Assembly (NCBI RefSeq): GCF_006345805.1
Contig: NC_042999.1
Coordinates: 173,290,001 to 173,354,000, forward strand
Source of the DNA: Octopus sinensis
Taxonomy: Eukaryota
DNA: 64,000 nucleotides
Direction: 5' to 3'
Positions 24,957 through 38,133 of this stretch are shown here, piece after piece (position 1 is the stretch's first letter; every line of letters starts with the position of its first letter). The position numbers and the translations under genes are program-made. A model generated the notes under the pieces. That model was not told the origin of the DNA and searched no databases. It saw only the letters and a program-made list of their open reading frames with translations.

Positions 24957-25531
24957 ACTCTTTCGTAACACAGTGTAGGTAATAAATGCACCGGAGTCTT
25001 TAGTTATCTGTCAAGTCACAACAAGGATCTCAAACAGAAAATACTTTCCTTAAGATATGCGCTGTGCCCAATAAGGCTGCTTTTTGCAAGACATCAATCT
25101 TGCCTGGGAGTTCCAGTTGCCTTAAGAAGTCTTTAAATTTCAGTGGGATTAGACCCACGCTTCGATCACCACTAGTATCACTTTTACATTACCCTCTCGC
25201 ATTCCATACAGTCTTCCCAGTTTCACTTTCAATTCGGAGTACTTGGTGATATTTTCACCTCTTTACTCACAACATTCATGTCATTTGGTATGGCTATATC
25301 AATGATCTAACAGTATTTGTCTCTCTTATTCAATATAACAATATCCGACCGACTGTTTTCGATTACACAATCCTCTGAAAATCATAGTCCCAGAGTATCG
25401 TTACTTTTCCATCCTCCTGCATAACTTTACTTGGCACATGCTCATACCAGTTCTCTGTTGCTTCACATTGGTATTTACGGCACAAGAGCCAATGAAGATA
25501 CACAGACACTTCATCGTGGCCGCGCTTGTAT
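24957..25531 (-). mobile_element. R4/Dong-clade LINE 3' fragment flanked by (TAA)n on both sides
   Basis: YKRGHDEV..YLHWLLCRKY...LWDYDFQ...IIDIAIPND...LQKAALLGTAHILRKV; homologous to 22405-22640. Confidence 0.88.
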
Positions 25532-25532
25532 A

Positions 25533-25598
<66 letters not shown>

Positions 25599-26068
25599 AA
25601 TAATAATATTATCATCATCATCATCATCATCATTATCACTATCACCATCATCATCGCTACATTATAGTTTCAGATTTCAACTACATCACTAGCTAAATCA
25701 CCGTGATTTCTTTTTTTTTTTAGTGTGTGTGTACATACTTTTCCTGGTTATTGCAATACATCAGTGCCTTTTATTATGGAATTTGACTGCACCTTTCTAA
25801 AGATTAGAAAGAAACTTATTGCATCTTTTGTTAAAGATATTTAAATACCGTGCGTTCGATGTTTGCTTTGTTCACTTGTTCGTACGTGAGTTGTATAAAC
25901 ATTGTATTTGCTGATGAGTAAGCGAAAAAGTGCAATGTGCATTTGTGTAGTAATGAAAATGCATATGTGATTAACTCTAGCACTCACAGTTCTGTTTGCA
26001 ATGGGTTTCGCAGCTCCTCATGGTGTTTACACTTTCTCGCACGTTGCACTGCGGTAAACATCATTATT

Positions 26069-26512
26069 GAGGGAGAGAGCAGTGCACGCCATCATAGTGA
26101 CACAAGGGTCAAATATTCGCAGTCCAATACAACCACTATGACTATGCGTCACAACCATATGTGCGCATGCATGACAACTATATGTGCACTCCACGGTTAT
26201 CTGATATCAAAATAAAAAGCCCATAGCCTTGCAGAATTTTCTTAAGGTCTAGTAGCCCATCCCATGCAAAAAGTCCCCGAATAATGTTGATTTAAAGATA
26301 ATGAACAAAACACCAATTATACAAACACTAAATGACTCCTCTCAACACATGGCTATGATGAACTCCACTACTCCTGCATGTGATCAGAGATGCACATTAT
26401 CAGCCACGAAGGGACATGCTCAACTGGTTAAGGTCACGCAAATGACAAGCAAATCTGTGGTATTGAGCTGAATATTTGCTGTAGTCCATCTTTTATGCAA
26501 GACAAAACATGT
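26069..26512 (-). mobile_element. Diverged copy of the 24317-24883 element
   Basis: Collinear similarity, e.g. TCTCAACACATGGCTATGATG and GGGACATGCTCAACTGGTTA. Confidence 0.8.
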
Positions 26513-26548
26513 GTATTATGATTATTAATATTATTTTTACTACAATAC

Positions 26549-27123
26549 GGCGAGCTAGCAGAATCGTAAGCACGCGTGGCGAAATGCTTAGTCGTATTTC
26601 GTCTGCCGTTACGTTCTGAGTTCAAATTCCGCCGAGGTCGACTTTGCCTTCCATCCTTTCGGGGTCGATTAAATAAGTACCAGTTACGCACTTGGGTCGA
26701 TATTATCGACTTAATCCGTGTGTCTATACTTGTTTGTCCTCTCTGTTTTTAGCCCCATGTGGGTAGTAAAGAAATAGGCATTTCGTCTTCCGCTACGTTC
26801 TGAGTTCAAATTCCGCCGAGGTCGACTTTGCTTTTCATCCTTTCCGGGTCGATTAAATAAGTACCAGTTACAAACTAGGGTCGATATAATCGACTTAATC
26901 TGTTTGTCCCGTCTGTGTTTAGCCCCGTGTGGGTAGTGACGAAATTGGTATTTCGTCTGCCGTTACGTTCTGAGTTCAAATTCCTCCGAGGTCGACTTTG
27001 CCTTTCATCCTTTCGGGGTTGATTAAACAATTCCCGTTTATGCACTGTAAACGACTTAATCCCTTTGTCTGACCTTGTTTGTTAACTCCATGTTTAGCCG
27101 CTAGTAGGCAATATCGAAATAAA
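26549..27123 (+). mobile_element. SINE family A trimer (one head plus three bodies)
   Basis: Head GGCGAGCTAGCAGAATCG, then body units starting G(T/C)ATTTCGTC at 26594, 26778 and 26948. Confidence 0.9.
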
Positions 27124-27126
27124 TAT

Positions 27127-27161
<35 letters not shown>

Positions 27162-27689
27162 TCATGAAAATATTGACTTAGATACGATAGTAATGATAGT
27201 AATGCTAGATGTTGGAGATAGTGTTAGTATTTTAAGTTCTTCAGAGTGTTGTTTTATCTCAAATGTTAGATGTACGCAAGTTTAGATAGGTTTAAATAGT
27301 TATTTTCCTGTTTTTCATTGCTTTTTATTGCTACATGTTCTTCCCAAATACTATCTTTAAATATTTCCTCATTGCCTGGTGATAAAATAAATTAGATCTC
27401 TAGTTATTGTATTCATTCCGAACAATGCATAAAATCATTTTATTCAAATAATAATTTTAGACAAATAATTGTTGTTCAACATAATACTGTAAATGTATTT
27501 GCCTCTATAAATTTGAAATGCTTAATTGAATAAGGTAATAAAATAACTAAATTGTTCAAGTATGGCACAGGCATTATATAATGTTTCTGGGCGGGACACT
27601 TAATGCATAGACGCTTCAGTTCACAAATATATGCACACGCATACACACCAATGCATGCATACATATAGAAATATGTACAAACACTTCCA

Positions 27690-28147
<458 letters not shown>

Positions 28148-28878
28148 CTTTCGATATAATTCCTTCGCTGTTTTAGCTTGGCATTACTGAAAATGGCACA
28201 AATTATATTTCCCTTGAAAATATCGTTTTATTTTTTTATTATTTTTTTTTTGTTCAGTTTTTCTGATATTTAGCTACGACATTGGTTCAAGGGCACAGAA
28301 TTTGAAGTATGGAAATAGTTGTCATGACAACTTTGGCAATTATTTTATCGAATATGGAGAAACAGAAAGCCAATGCGGCACAAAACATAAAGGGCTATTT
28401 ATCTAAGTACACTTCCCTTTCTCCCATTACCTTTTTTATAAAATTAATACGAATAGTTTGCAACTATGAATAGCCACGCCTCGAATAACCCATATTGGTA
28501 ATGGTTAGATTGAGAAGAGTATAATTTTCCGGGTTACTAATCTCATCATTAGCGTGTGTATTTACAACGTGTATGCCTATGTATGCTTGGAAATGTGATT
28601 GTTATATGCTATTTCTGTATGTGCAAATAGTCACAGATTCCGGTACTCTATTTCCAAACTATGTTTTATAAGACGGCAACCGCCATGTTACAGCCAGCGT
28701 CAGCGTTCATTTGACACAAAGCGGGTATGTGTTAAATGAGTTGGAAATAGGATATTACGTTATCTAAGGAAACTTGGGTTGTAAATAAATACAATTAAAT
28801 TCATTCGATATTTCAAATAATTTAATATTGAGCCACAGTTTCATGCACGAAATTATTTTCTGTGTCGTTCCAAATAAC

Positions 28879-28914
<36 letters not shown>

Positions 28915-29143
28915 AAGTATGTATGTATATATGTGTGTGTATATATATATATATTATATATATATATATATATCTTGATGTATATTTTCCACTTAAATGT
29001 GGCTAACCCTTAAGGATGGACGCTACTGTAGCTTGTAACCCCAGGAAAGCATCTCCTCCAGCTGGCTATTGACACTCTTTCTGTGCCCTATCAATATTTG
29101 CAAAGTGAGGTCATCCTTCCCATCTTCAAACTGACTTGATACA

Positions 29144-29184
29144 CACAGACCCGGGGTTTTGAGTATTGATCCGCCATCAGCGTG
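29144..29184 (-). ncRNA. Degenerate hammerhead-like motif, probably inactive
   Basis: Minus strand CACG CTGATGG C GGAT CAAT ACTC AAA ACCCCGGGT C TGTG: stem I and a near-palindromic stem III with GUC are retained; A9>G and G12>A substitutions. Confidence 0.45.
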
Positions 29185-29197
29185 GGACAATCACCGG

Positions 29198-30520
29198 CTT
29201 CTCTTTATTATACGCACAAGTCCTGAATACAGAGGGGACATACGTAAACATGCGGGAACAAAAAACATATGAAAGAATGAATTACAATGAATTCAATTAA
29301 AAGGAATATGAGACGGTTTTCTTGGTCCCGCTCCGAGACGAAACCGTGATTTCGTTTTTACAATCAAAGGTTCTTACAGTCTTTTCTTTTTTTTCCTTTT
29401 TAATCTCGTTCTTTTTCTTAGTCTTTTGTCGTTGTTTTTTTATCGTTCTTTTCCCCTTTTTTTCTTTAAACTTTTTAACAATCAATTTTCTCGTTTGAAG
29501 TACAAATTTTACTTACTTGTTTTTAAATTTTCGTAAAGGGTTTCAAATCTTCTAATTCCACGGCCGGTGGGAGCTCGTCAAACTCGATTTTAACGCTCAG
29601 CGGGTCTATGAAATGTCCATACATCTCTCTCAACTTCAAAAATCTCTCTTGATCTATGACGATTCCTTTAGTGTATACCGAGTATTCTCCTGGCGGCAGC
29701 CTTACTCTTATTACCGATTTATATTTTACAATCGTTTTCTCTATTTCTTTACTTTGGGAATACGTGACCAAATTGCACTTATATCTCTTCCTTTTCACTT
29801 CTGCTTGCTTCGGCTCCGGTCCCGATTTGTTCGGGCGTGCAGAAACATCATAACCAATTTTTATAAACGCTTCCTCTTTCTCCCTGTTGTAATGCTGTTT
29901 TTCCTGTGTGCCTTCTTTCACTACTGCTTCTGTTGGTGCTTCACACCTATTTCTTTTCTTCCGTCTCAATCTCTTTTAGCCTTTCTTAACTGTCTGGGGG
30001 AGAATTCACCCGTTTCTTTCTCTTCCTCGTGTTTACTACTGTGAAGGGTTCCTCCACTCTATCTGTATTTTTATTGGTACACCTCTTCGGTATTGTTTTC
30101 TTCACTTTTCTTCTCTTCGTTTTCCTTCTCGGAAAAACCTGTTTCATGTGCCCTTTTTTGCTGCATAGGAAGCATGTTGGTGGTCTTCCTTCTACTGTTA
30201 TTCGATGTCTGGTGTCTTCCGGGAGTATTATTTCCTCTATTATACTATGCAAGTCTTCCAAGAATACCTGCATGGTCACTTCGATGCCATATCCCCACCA
30301 ATTGAGGTTTTGGGTCCTCGTTATCTCGAGGATCTCTACCCCATCCTTCATATCGTGCATTATGGCTGCTACCACCCATTCCTCCTCGTTTTCGGAGGGC
30401 ACTCTTCCAATTCTCACTCTGGCACAGTACGTCGGAAGTAGTATCCATTTCGTTGGCCGTAACAGGTCCCTGGAGTGATTTATGGCATCTTCTTCATTGC
30501 CAAACCTTACTTCCACTGAA
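29198..30520 (-). mobile_element. Tx1/L1-type gag-like ORF1 fragment followed by an apparent 3' end, no ORF2
   Basis: ORFs 29986-30516 (RVRIGRVP...ITVEGRPPTCFLCSKKGHMKQVF, degenerate zinc knuckle) and 29523-29969, then about 320 bp ending AATAAAGAGAAG. Confidence 0.7.
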
Positions 30521-30559
30521 CAAGGAAAACTAATACAAACGAAGAAAACAAAAGACTGT

Positions 30560-31270
30560 TTTCAGTCTCTAATGAAGCTGACAAATACAAAAAAGCAGCC
30601 ATAATACCTAACAACTATGAAGAAAAAGAAGAAACAACAAAATCTGTAAGACAATTGAAATCCAAACTAAAACTGGAACATCAACGGATCATGATAAAAC
30701 GGTGGCAAGAAAAGTCCCTTCATGGGAAAATACTAGGTTAAATTAAACAGAAAAGACATACACAGGCAAAATTCCAACTTTGGGTGAGAAGCTCAGGACT
30801 CAAAGCAGGGACTGAAGGATTTGTAACTGCAGCACAAGACCAAAGCCTCCCCACCAGAAATTACCAAAAACATATAATGAAAAGAAACGTAGCAAGTATC
30901 CGCTGAATATGTGGCGATGGACAAGAAACAATAAACTATATTGTCACTGGCTGCCCGGTCCTGGCTAAGAAGGATTATATTCGCAGACATGACAGAGTTG
31001 TGACCTATGTACACAGGAAGCTATGCCAACGTTATGGAATGACAGCAGAAAAAAGATGGTGTAGGCACACACCAGAAAAGTTCACAGAAAATGAGAAAGC
31101 AATCATACTCTGGGATATGCCAATACAAACAGATAGAGAAATTAAGGTCAATTGGGCGGATATAGTTGTCAGCTTTCATCAAGATGAAAAAATGCTTTCT
31201 AGTCAATGTATCAATACCAAGAGATGACAACGATTATCTAAAAGAAATGGAGAAACTTGCAAAAACAGAA
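30560..31270 (+). mobile_element. R4/Dong-clade LINE fragment, same subfamily as 20750-21532
   Basis: KLKLEHQRIMIKRWQEKSLHG...RSSGLKAGTEGFVTAAQDQSLPTRNY...RRHD...WDMPIQTDREIK. Confidence 0.88.
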
Positions 31271-31395
31271 ACAAAAAGTTTTTAAAATAGTGCTCAAGGG
31301 AACAACTTATATCCTACGAAAAACATGCTGTATGTTTTAATCTGTAAATATTATCAAAAGTGTTTTGAAATGTGCATTAATGCACATTTCAAAAT

Positions 31396-31813
31396 AGGCG
31401 CAGGAGTAGATATAGGCGCAGAGTGGCTGTGTGGTAAGTAGCTTGTTTACCAACCACATTGTCCCAGGTGGCACCTGCGTGGCACCTTGGGCAAGTGTCT
31501 TCTACTATAGCCTCGGGCCGACCAAAGCCTTGTGAGTGGATTTGGTAGACGGAAACTGAAAGAAGACCGTCGTATATATGTATATATATATGCGTGTGTA
31601 TGTTTGTGTGTCTGTGTTTGACCCCCTAGCATTGCATGACAACTGATGCTGGTGTGTTTATGTCCCCGTTACCTAGCGGTTCGGCAAAAGAGACCGATAG
31701 AATAAGGACTGGGCTTACAAAAGAATAAGTCCCGGGTCGAGTTGCTCGACTAAAGGCGGTGCTCCATCATGGCCGCAGTCAAATGACTGAAACAAGTAAA
31801 AGAGTAAAGAGTA
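31396..31813 (+). mobile_element. SINE family B, full length, with duplicated 5' tip
   Basis: TAGGCGCAG(G)AGT occurs twice at the 5' end; CACCTTGGGCAAGTGTC box; tail hairpin CAGTCAAATGACTG and (AAAGAGT)n end. Confidence 0.92.
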
Positions 31814-31923
31814 TAGGAAACACCTTTTACTGTCTTTTTCACATCAGACTATCATCTTATAATCAATTTATTTTAAAACAAACTTCTAATTTTCTTGTTT
31901 TAACCGACATTCTCTAGAACAAT

Positions 31924-31966
<43 letters not shown>

Positions 31967-31995
31967 AAGTGGAGTTGTAAGGTACCGCACAAGTG

Positions 31996-32061
<66 letters not shown>

Positions 32062-33411
32062 AAGCTGAAGATATTCTAAGTTTTCTAGCAAGAGTTTACA
32101 TCCGGTACACGGAGACAACAATCCACAGTGAATATTTCAATCCTTTCTATTCATAAGTATCTGGCACCTTTCATTTTATTTTCTCAATTCAATACGAATA
32201 TGCAACGTCCTTCCAACACATACTAATCAAATATTCAGTCATTTCATATAAGCTGATTTTAATGTGGTATTCATTGCAACACCGCGTGACTCTAATCGGT
32301 ACAGAACCAAACTAACTGAAGGAGATTCTTTTAGAATTCAATACTAATAAAAAGTTTCTTGTCGCACATAGGGGTTTAGTAGTCTTATCTGATAAACTAT
32401 CCATTAATAGACACAGATTAGGTTGCTTAAGCTCAAAATGGGTAATACTTCGCCATATCTAAATATACACGATTATGAGATACTGTACTGAAGTAATCTC
32501 AAATATTAATCTTATTTTCAAGAATCTATGTTTCATGCAGAAAGCTATTCAAAGTTATGTTGCGGAGTTGTGACAAATTATAATTTTCTTATTTCCTTTT
32601 TGTGGATATCGAAAGTGTAAATATGGTTCATTTGATTCAGACACAGGAAATAAAATTGTGTGCTGTGCACGTGTGTCTAGCCACTATGACCGCCTTTTGT
32701 CTGTCTGCACTTGAATATTTCCATCGTCATTGCGTTGCGATCGCAATGTATTGATTCACTAGAACTTGCTAGGACTGACTCCTCCCTCGGCACGCCGATA
32801 TAATCAATTGTGAATTGTGTACACCTCCCAGCAAGAAGCTGGTTCTCGCCCAAACAAATCTTCAACGTAGGATGTTAGCGGTGTTGCTAAAAGCAGGTGG
32901 AAATCATGATAAATGATGAGTTAAATATACAGACAGCTTTATTTGTTGTATCTAAAACCAGTGTTTTTTTCACAATATGAGAATGTGCGTGTACATGGCT
33001 CTATGTGAATGTGTGCATGTATAGTGTGTGTGAGTGAGCGACGATTAATCACACGTATATAAGTATATATATTCCCAAGTATATGCTTATAAATGTATAT
33101 ATGTATACATATATGTATAAGTGTAAATAAATGTGTGTATGTGTGTGTGCCTTGTGTGTGTATTACATATGTATATGTATGTATAAGTATATGTATTTAT
33201 ATTATACATATATATTATATATATTATGTAATATATATGTCATATAAACATTATGTATTATATGTAAGTAAATTTTATATTCATAAACATATATATATAA
33301 ATTTATATATATATGTACGTATGTATGTAGTATGTATGTATGTATGTATGTATGTGTGTATGTATGTATGTATGTATGTATGTATGTATGTATGTATGTA
33401 TGTATGTATGT

Positions 33412-33890
33412 ATAGGCCTAAGCGTACCTCTGCGGCAAGAAGTTTGCTTCCCAACCGATTTCTTCAGTCCCACTGCGCGGCACGTTGGGGAAGGGCCTTC
33501 TGCCGCACCTCCGAGATGAAGAAAACCTTGTGAAAAAATGTAATAGGCGGAAATTGAAAGAAGCCCATCGTGTATATAAGTGTATTTGTGTGTGTGTGTG
33601 TACGTATGTGTACCTGAGTGTTTGTGTGTATGAGCGCGCGTGTGTGCGTATGTTTGTGTGTATGTGTCTGTCTGTACACGGGTTTTTTGTGTCTCTATCC
33701 TTTACCACCGCTTGACCACCGGTGTTGGTATTATTTACATCACCATAACGCAGCGGTTCAACAATAAAGCCGATGAAATAAGTACTACCCTTAAAATAAA
33801 TAAGCTCTGTGGTCGATCCACTAGACTAAAATTTTCAAGTTAGTGCCCCGGCATGTCCAAAGGAAAATGATAAGAGATAAAAGATAAAAG
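33412..33890 (+). mobile_element. SINE family B, diverged
   Basis: AAGAAGTTTGCTTCCCAACC...CCCACTGCGCGGCACGTTGGG; degenerate tail. Confidence 0.75.
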
Positions 33891-33970
33891 TTATATATCA
33901 TATACATTCATATATATACATATATGTATGTATATATATGTACATACATATATACATACATATATATATA

Positions 33971-35400
33971 TTCATGGAACGAATAGTCAGAGGGAAGCTG
34001 ATCACCTTCCTTGAAGAGAATGACTTGCTGCCCGACACCCAACATGGTTTCCGACCAGGGAGAAGCTGTTTAACTCAGCTCCTACAACACTATGACTGGG
34101 TGCTGAAACGGCTGCTCAACCACTCAAATGTGGAAGTGATATATCTCGACTTTGCAAAGGCCTTTGATAAAGTCGATCATGGAATGATATGTCACAAACT
34201 GCGTGATCTCAACATGGTTGGAAAACTGGGAGAATGGCTTCATGGCTTTCTGAAAGATAGAGGTCAGGTGGTGGTGGCCAATGGGGCACTTCCATTAACA
34301 TGCAAATAGTGAGCGGTGTTCCGCAGGGCACAGTTCTGGGACCACTACTGTTCATAATGGCCCTCTCAGACATGCCCTCAGCCACGCAGAGAGCCACGAT
34401 CACAAGTTATGCAGATGATACAAAAGTTTCACAGGCAATACAGAACCCTGAGGACACTAAACACCTGCAATGTGAGCTGGACAAAATATACAAGTGGCCG
34501 AAAAGAATAGCATGCAGTTCAATGCTGAAAAGTTTCAAGCTCTATACTATCAGCATGAAAAACTAAATGCAATACCCAATGAATACACTGGACCCGGAGG
34601 AATAGCAATCCCAGAGGCACAATCAGTGCGTGACCTAGGTATTTACATGAGTGATGACGCGACCTTTCGTGTACATGTTGCTTAAATTGGCAATGAAATG
34701 TAGACGACTGGCCGGATGGATCCTCAGAACCTTTAGAACAAGAGAACAAGAAACCATGATGGTCCTCTGGAGGACACTTGTCCTAAGCCACTTTGACTAC
34801 TGCTCTCAGTTATGGTCACCATCCAGTGTCAAGTTGATCACAGAGCTCGAGGCGATCCAACGTAGCTACACGAAGAAGATAGCCTCTATGCAGAATGTAA
34901 GCTACTGGGAAAGACTCAAGAGATTAAAACTATATTCCCAGGAGCGTAGACGGGAAAGATATGCCATAATATACATCTGGAAGATCCTGGAGGGACGTGT
35001 CCTGAACTTTGGCATCGAGAGTTACGCAAATGCCAGAACTGGGCGCCACTGCGTGGTGCCTAGGACTCTAAACTTGCCATCAAGATGTAGGACAAGATTC
35101 TGTGATAGCCTGGGCTTCCGAAGCCCACAGCTCTTCAATATCCTCCCAAAGAACCTGAGAGACCTGCATGGGGTGGATGCAGATGTCTTTAAAATGAAGC
35201 TGGATCTCTTCCTGTCAGGTGTCCCGGATGAACCAACTTCACGGCAGGAGGGGCAGATGAGGGCAGCTGCATCGAACTCTCTCATGCACCAAATGGCAGT
35301 TGCTAGAAAGCTTTCGTGAAGTGAAACCAAGTAGCAACACCAAATGGCGGTGCCCCAGCATGGCCACAGCTCATAAGCTGAAACTAGAATCAATCAATCA
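33971..35400 (+). mobile_element. CR1-clade LINE, 5'-truncated (RT domain, C-terminus, 3'UTR, (CAAT)n tail), three frameshifts
   Basis: QHGFRPGRSCLTQLL; YLDFAKAFDKVDH; SGVPQGTVLGPLLF; YADDTK; RDLGI; FDYCSQLWSP; frameshifts near 34285, 34500 and 34680; stop at 35319. Confidence 0.93.
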
Positions 35401-35409
35401 ATCAATCAA

Positions 35410-35452
<43 letters not shown>

Positions 35453-35494
35453 GTATATATATGTACATACATATACATATATATGTATATATAT

Positions 35495-35665
35495 ATGTTA
35501 CCTTCGAAACACGCATGGAGTCGAACTAGGGATAGCTGATGAAGGGGAATTTTCCTTGTATTGTTTGTCTTGTACTCTGTTTTTTCGTTGTTAAAAAAAA
35601 GTCCGTTTCCATGTTTGTTTTTACGTTTTCGTTTCTCGTTGAGTTCTACGTCTATTTGTGGTGTC
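35495..35665. repeat. Probable interspersed repeat of uncertain class between TA tracts
   Basis: Non-simple sequence GTTACC...GGGATAGCTGATGAAGGGG...GTGTCCTGTAC bounded by TA-rich tracts; repeat status is from recognition only. Confidence 0.35.
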
Positions 35666-35746
35666 CTGTACTCACATATATATATATTTATATATGCATG
35701 TATATATACATGTAGATGTAGGTACGTACATATATGTATGTATGCA

Positions 35747-35788
<42 letters not shown>

Positions 35789-35790
35789 GT

Positions 35791-36106
35791 CGATAAATAC
35801 TCTGTCGCTTACGAAGACGAAGGTTCCAGTTGATCTGATCAACAGAAAAGATGCTCGTGAGTTTAACGTTTAAGTGACTGAACACTCCACAGACACGCGC
35901 ACCTCTTCACATACATCTAAAAGGAGATTCAGTGTGACAAGTCTGGTCCCTTGAAATACAGGTACTACTCGTTTCTGCCAGCCGAGGGGATTGGAACACT
36001 GTGAAATAAAGTCTTTTGCTCAAGGATACAACGCGCCACTTCGAATTGAATTCGCGACCCTATGATCGCAAGCCGAACACCCTAACCACTAAGCCACGCG
36101 CCTTCA
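35791..36106 (-). mobile_element. SINE family C (tRNA head), diverged
   Basis: Minus strand GGCGCGTGGCTTAGTGGTTAGGGTG head; body GTACCTGTATTTCAAGG and CTGTGGAGTGTTCAGTCACTT shared with 60121-60512. Confidence 0.8.
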
Positions 36107-36614
36107 CATACATACATACATACATACATACATACATACATACATACATACATACATACATGCATCCATGCATACATATAAATTTAATGATAGGAGATTG
36201 CAAATAGGTTTTAATAGCGAATGATAAGAATAAGAAAATAACAAGGAAAAAGAAAGAAGCAAACGCCATTTCTACGCCGCGACTATTTCCCTCCAGTCCT
36301 TTAAACGATGTTAATGGCTCAATAACAACAACTTCAAAAATAAAAGATGAAATCACGTCCACAACAAACAACAGCAACAACAGGTAGCGAAAACAATATT
36401 AGTATGCTATTATATGGATCGTAGAGCATTCGTTAAATTTCTCTATGGCAGCCGAATGTTTAATAGTAGTATCATGCGTATTAATAAAATGCCCAAATAG
36501 CCGTAAAAACGTATATGTCTAACATTTGTACGTATGAATGTGTCTGCAAGAATATGCATGCCTGTATGTATGCACATATATACATACACACGCGCGCACA
36601 TACACACACACATA

Positions 36615-36651
<37 letters not shown>

Positions 36652-37175
36652 ATAAATGAATAACGAATGTTATTTCTTTCTATATACTGTCATATGTATG
36701 CATGTATGTATGTATACCTATATATGTATGCATATATATATATATATACATATACTTAGTCACCCATAGAGAAGCATGCATGTGCGTCTATGCTCATAGA
36801 AATTATAACTATACTTGATTTCATGCCCTGTCATACATGTAGAATACATTCTCTCCGTACCACTGCATGCAATCTACACCTTAGCTTTCTCTCTTTCTCC
36901 CTCTATCACACTCCACTAGACACGCGTACATACACGCGTATAAGCACACATGCACATAAATGCATGCACACACAAACAGACACACAGACACACACACGTC
37001 AGAACATTCACACACATGTGATTCGACATGCGTAGACGCCTATGCCCATGTCTGTGAGATTATAACGGAAGATATACGCATGACGTTCAGAAAAGAGATT
37101 GAAAGGCAACTGATTATACATATAGTCAATATTCATGCGATGGCTTATTGAATCCATACACACACAACAAACACA

Positions 37176-37216
<41 letters not shown>

Positions 37217-37218
37217 AT

Positions 37219-37227
<9 letters not shown>

Positions 37228-37280
<53 letters not shown>

Positions 37281-37490
37281 TGATAGATAGATAGATATAT
37301 ATATATATATATATATAGATAGATAGATAGATAGATAAGTTTCTTTATTAGCCACACAGGGCTGCATACAGATGGGACAAAGTACAAGGTAGAGCTTGGG
37401 GGGGGGGATAAAAAAGGGGGTTTGGTTTTCGATCAAAAGGGGTCGTAAAAAGGAAAAAAGAAAAAAATAGATAGATAGATAGATATTGAT
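37228..37490. repeat. (ATAG)n microsatellite interrupted by a ~130-bp insertion
   Basis: ATAG runs on both sides of 37339-37466. Confidence 0.9.
37339..37466 (-). mobile_element. Short 5'-truncated LINE-like 3' end
   Basis: Minus strand T/C-rich UTR ending CCCTGTGTGGCT-AATAAA-GAAAC; no coding part, so the clade cannot be shown. Confidence 0.5.
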
Positions 37491-37833
37491 ATAGATATAT
37501 GTCAGACAGAACCAAAAAAAGACAGATTTGGGGAATATTTGCAGTGAAGGACATTTCTTTTGTGCAAAGCAATTAGTAGAGCTCAATGAAAATGAAAATA
37601 AGGATTAAATTATATAAATATATATATGTGTGTGTGTGTGTGTTAAGAAAGAAAAATATGGAAAACCGCAGAGAAGGTTTGTATATTAAATTTTATGCTA
37701 ATATTAAGATCATAATAAAACAGTGTTGTATTACAACATCATATAATAATATAATAGACTGGGAGTACCGACTTCGCGTCTTACGCTTATCAAACTTCCA
37801 AGGTCTTAGAAATCAGCCATATATATATATATT

Positions 37834-37866
<33 letters not shown>

Positions 37867-38092
37867 ATAGAATAATTAAAATTACTAAGTTTCTCTAAAG
37901 GAGATACGGCAGCGTTACTGGATATTAATAGATATCGCCATACTAATATGGCAGTCTAAATATAAGACTAAAGCTGTCGTTGATTAGCTCCAAGAGGCCA
38001 CCGCCTCTAGCTAGCCATATGACACACGAACCTGCGTCCATTACAACCTTCGAACAGGGGAGGTCAGCCGCTTCACCCTGCTAGTCAGACAT

Positions 38093-38133
38093 CTGCAGAC
38101 ATGTTTCAGGGTTGTTGCCCTTTATCAATGCAG
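38093..38133 (-). ncRNA. Type I hammerhead ribozyme, U3-A8 core variant, capping a long imperfect stem (38048-38178)
   Basis: Minus strand CTGCA TTGATAA AGGG CAACAA CCCT GAA ACATGT C TGCAG: perfect 5-bp stem I, 4-bp stem II, palindromic stem III, GUC triplet. Confidence 0.82.

Noticed and set aside
25908-25935. TTG CTGATGA GTAAGC GAA AAAGT G CAA hammerhead-like string
   Set aside because: The cleavage position is G (violates NUH), stem III does not pair and stem II is minimal; such a match is expected by chance.
28646-28750. 10-bp inverted repeat CTATTTCCAA/TTGGAAATAG as a possible pre-miRNA or MITE
   Set aside because: The interior is not complementary and there is no TSD or second copy.
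35501-35546. GAAAC upstream of CTGATGA resembling a type II hammerhead
   Set aside because: Stem I is offset by three unpaired bases, stem III has a mismatch, and GAAGG/CCTTC pairing would sequester the core.
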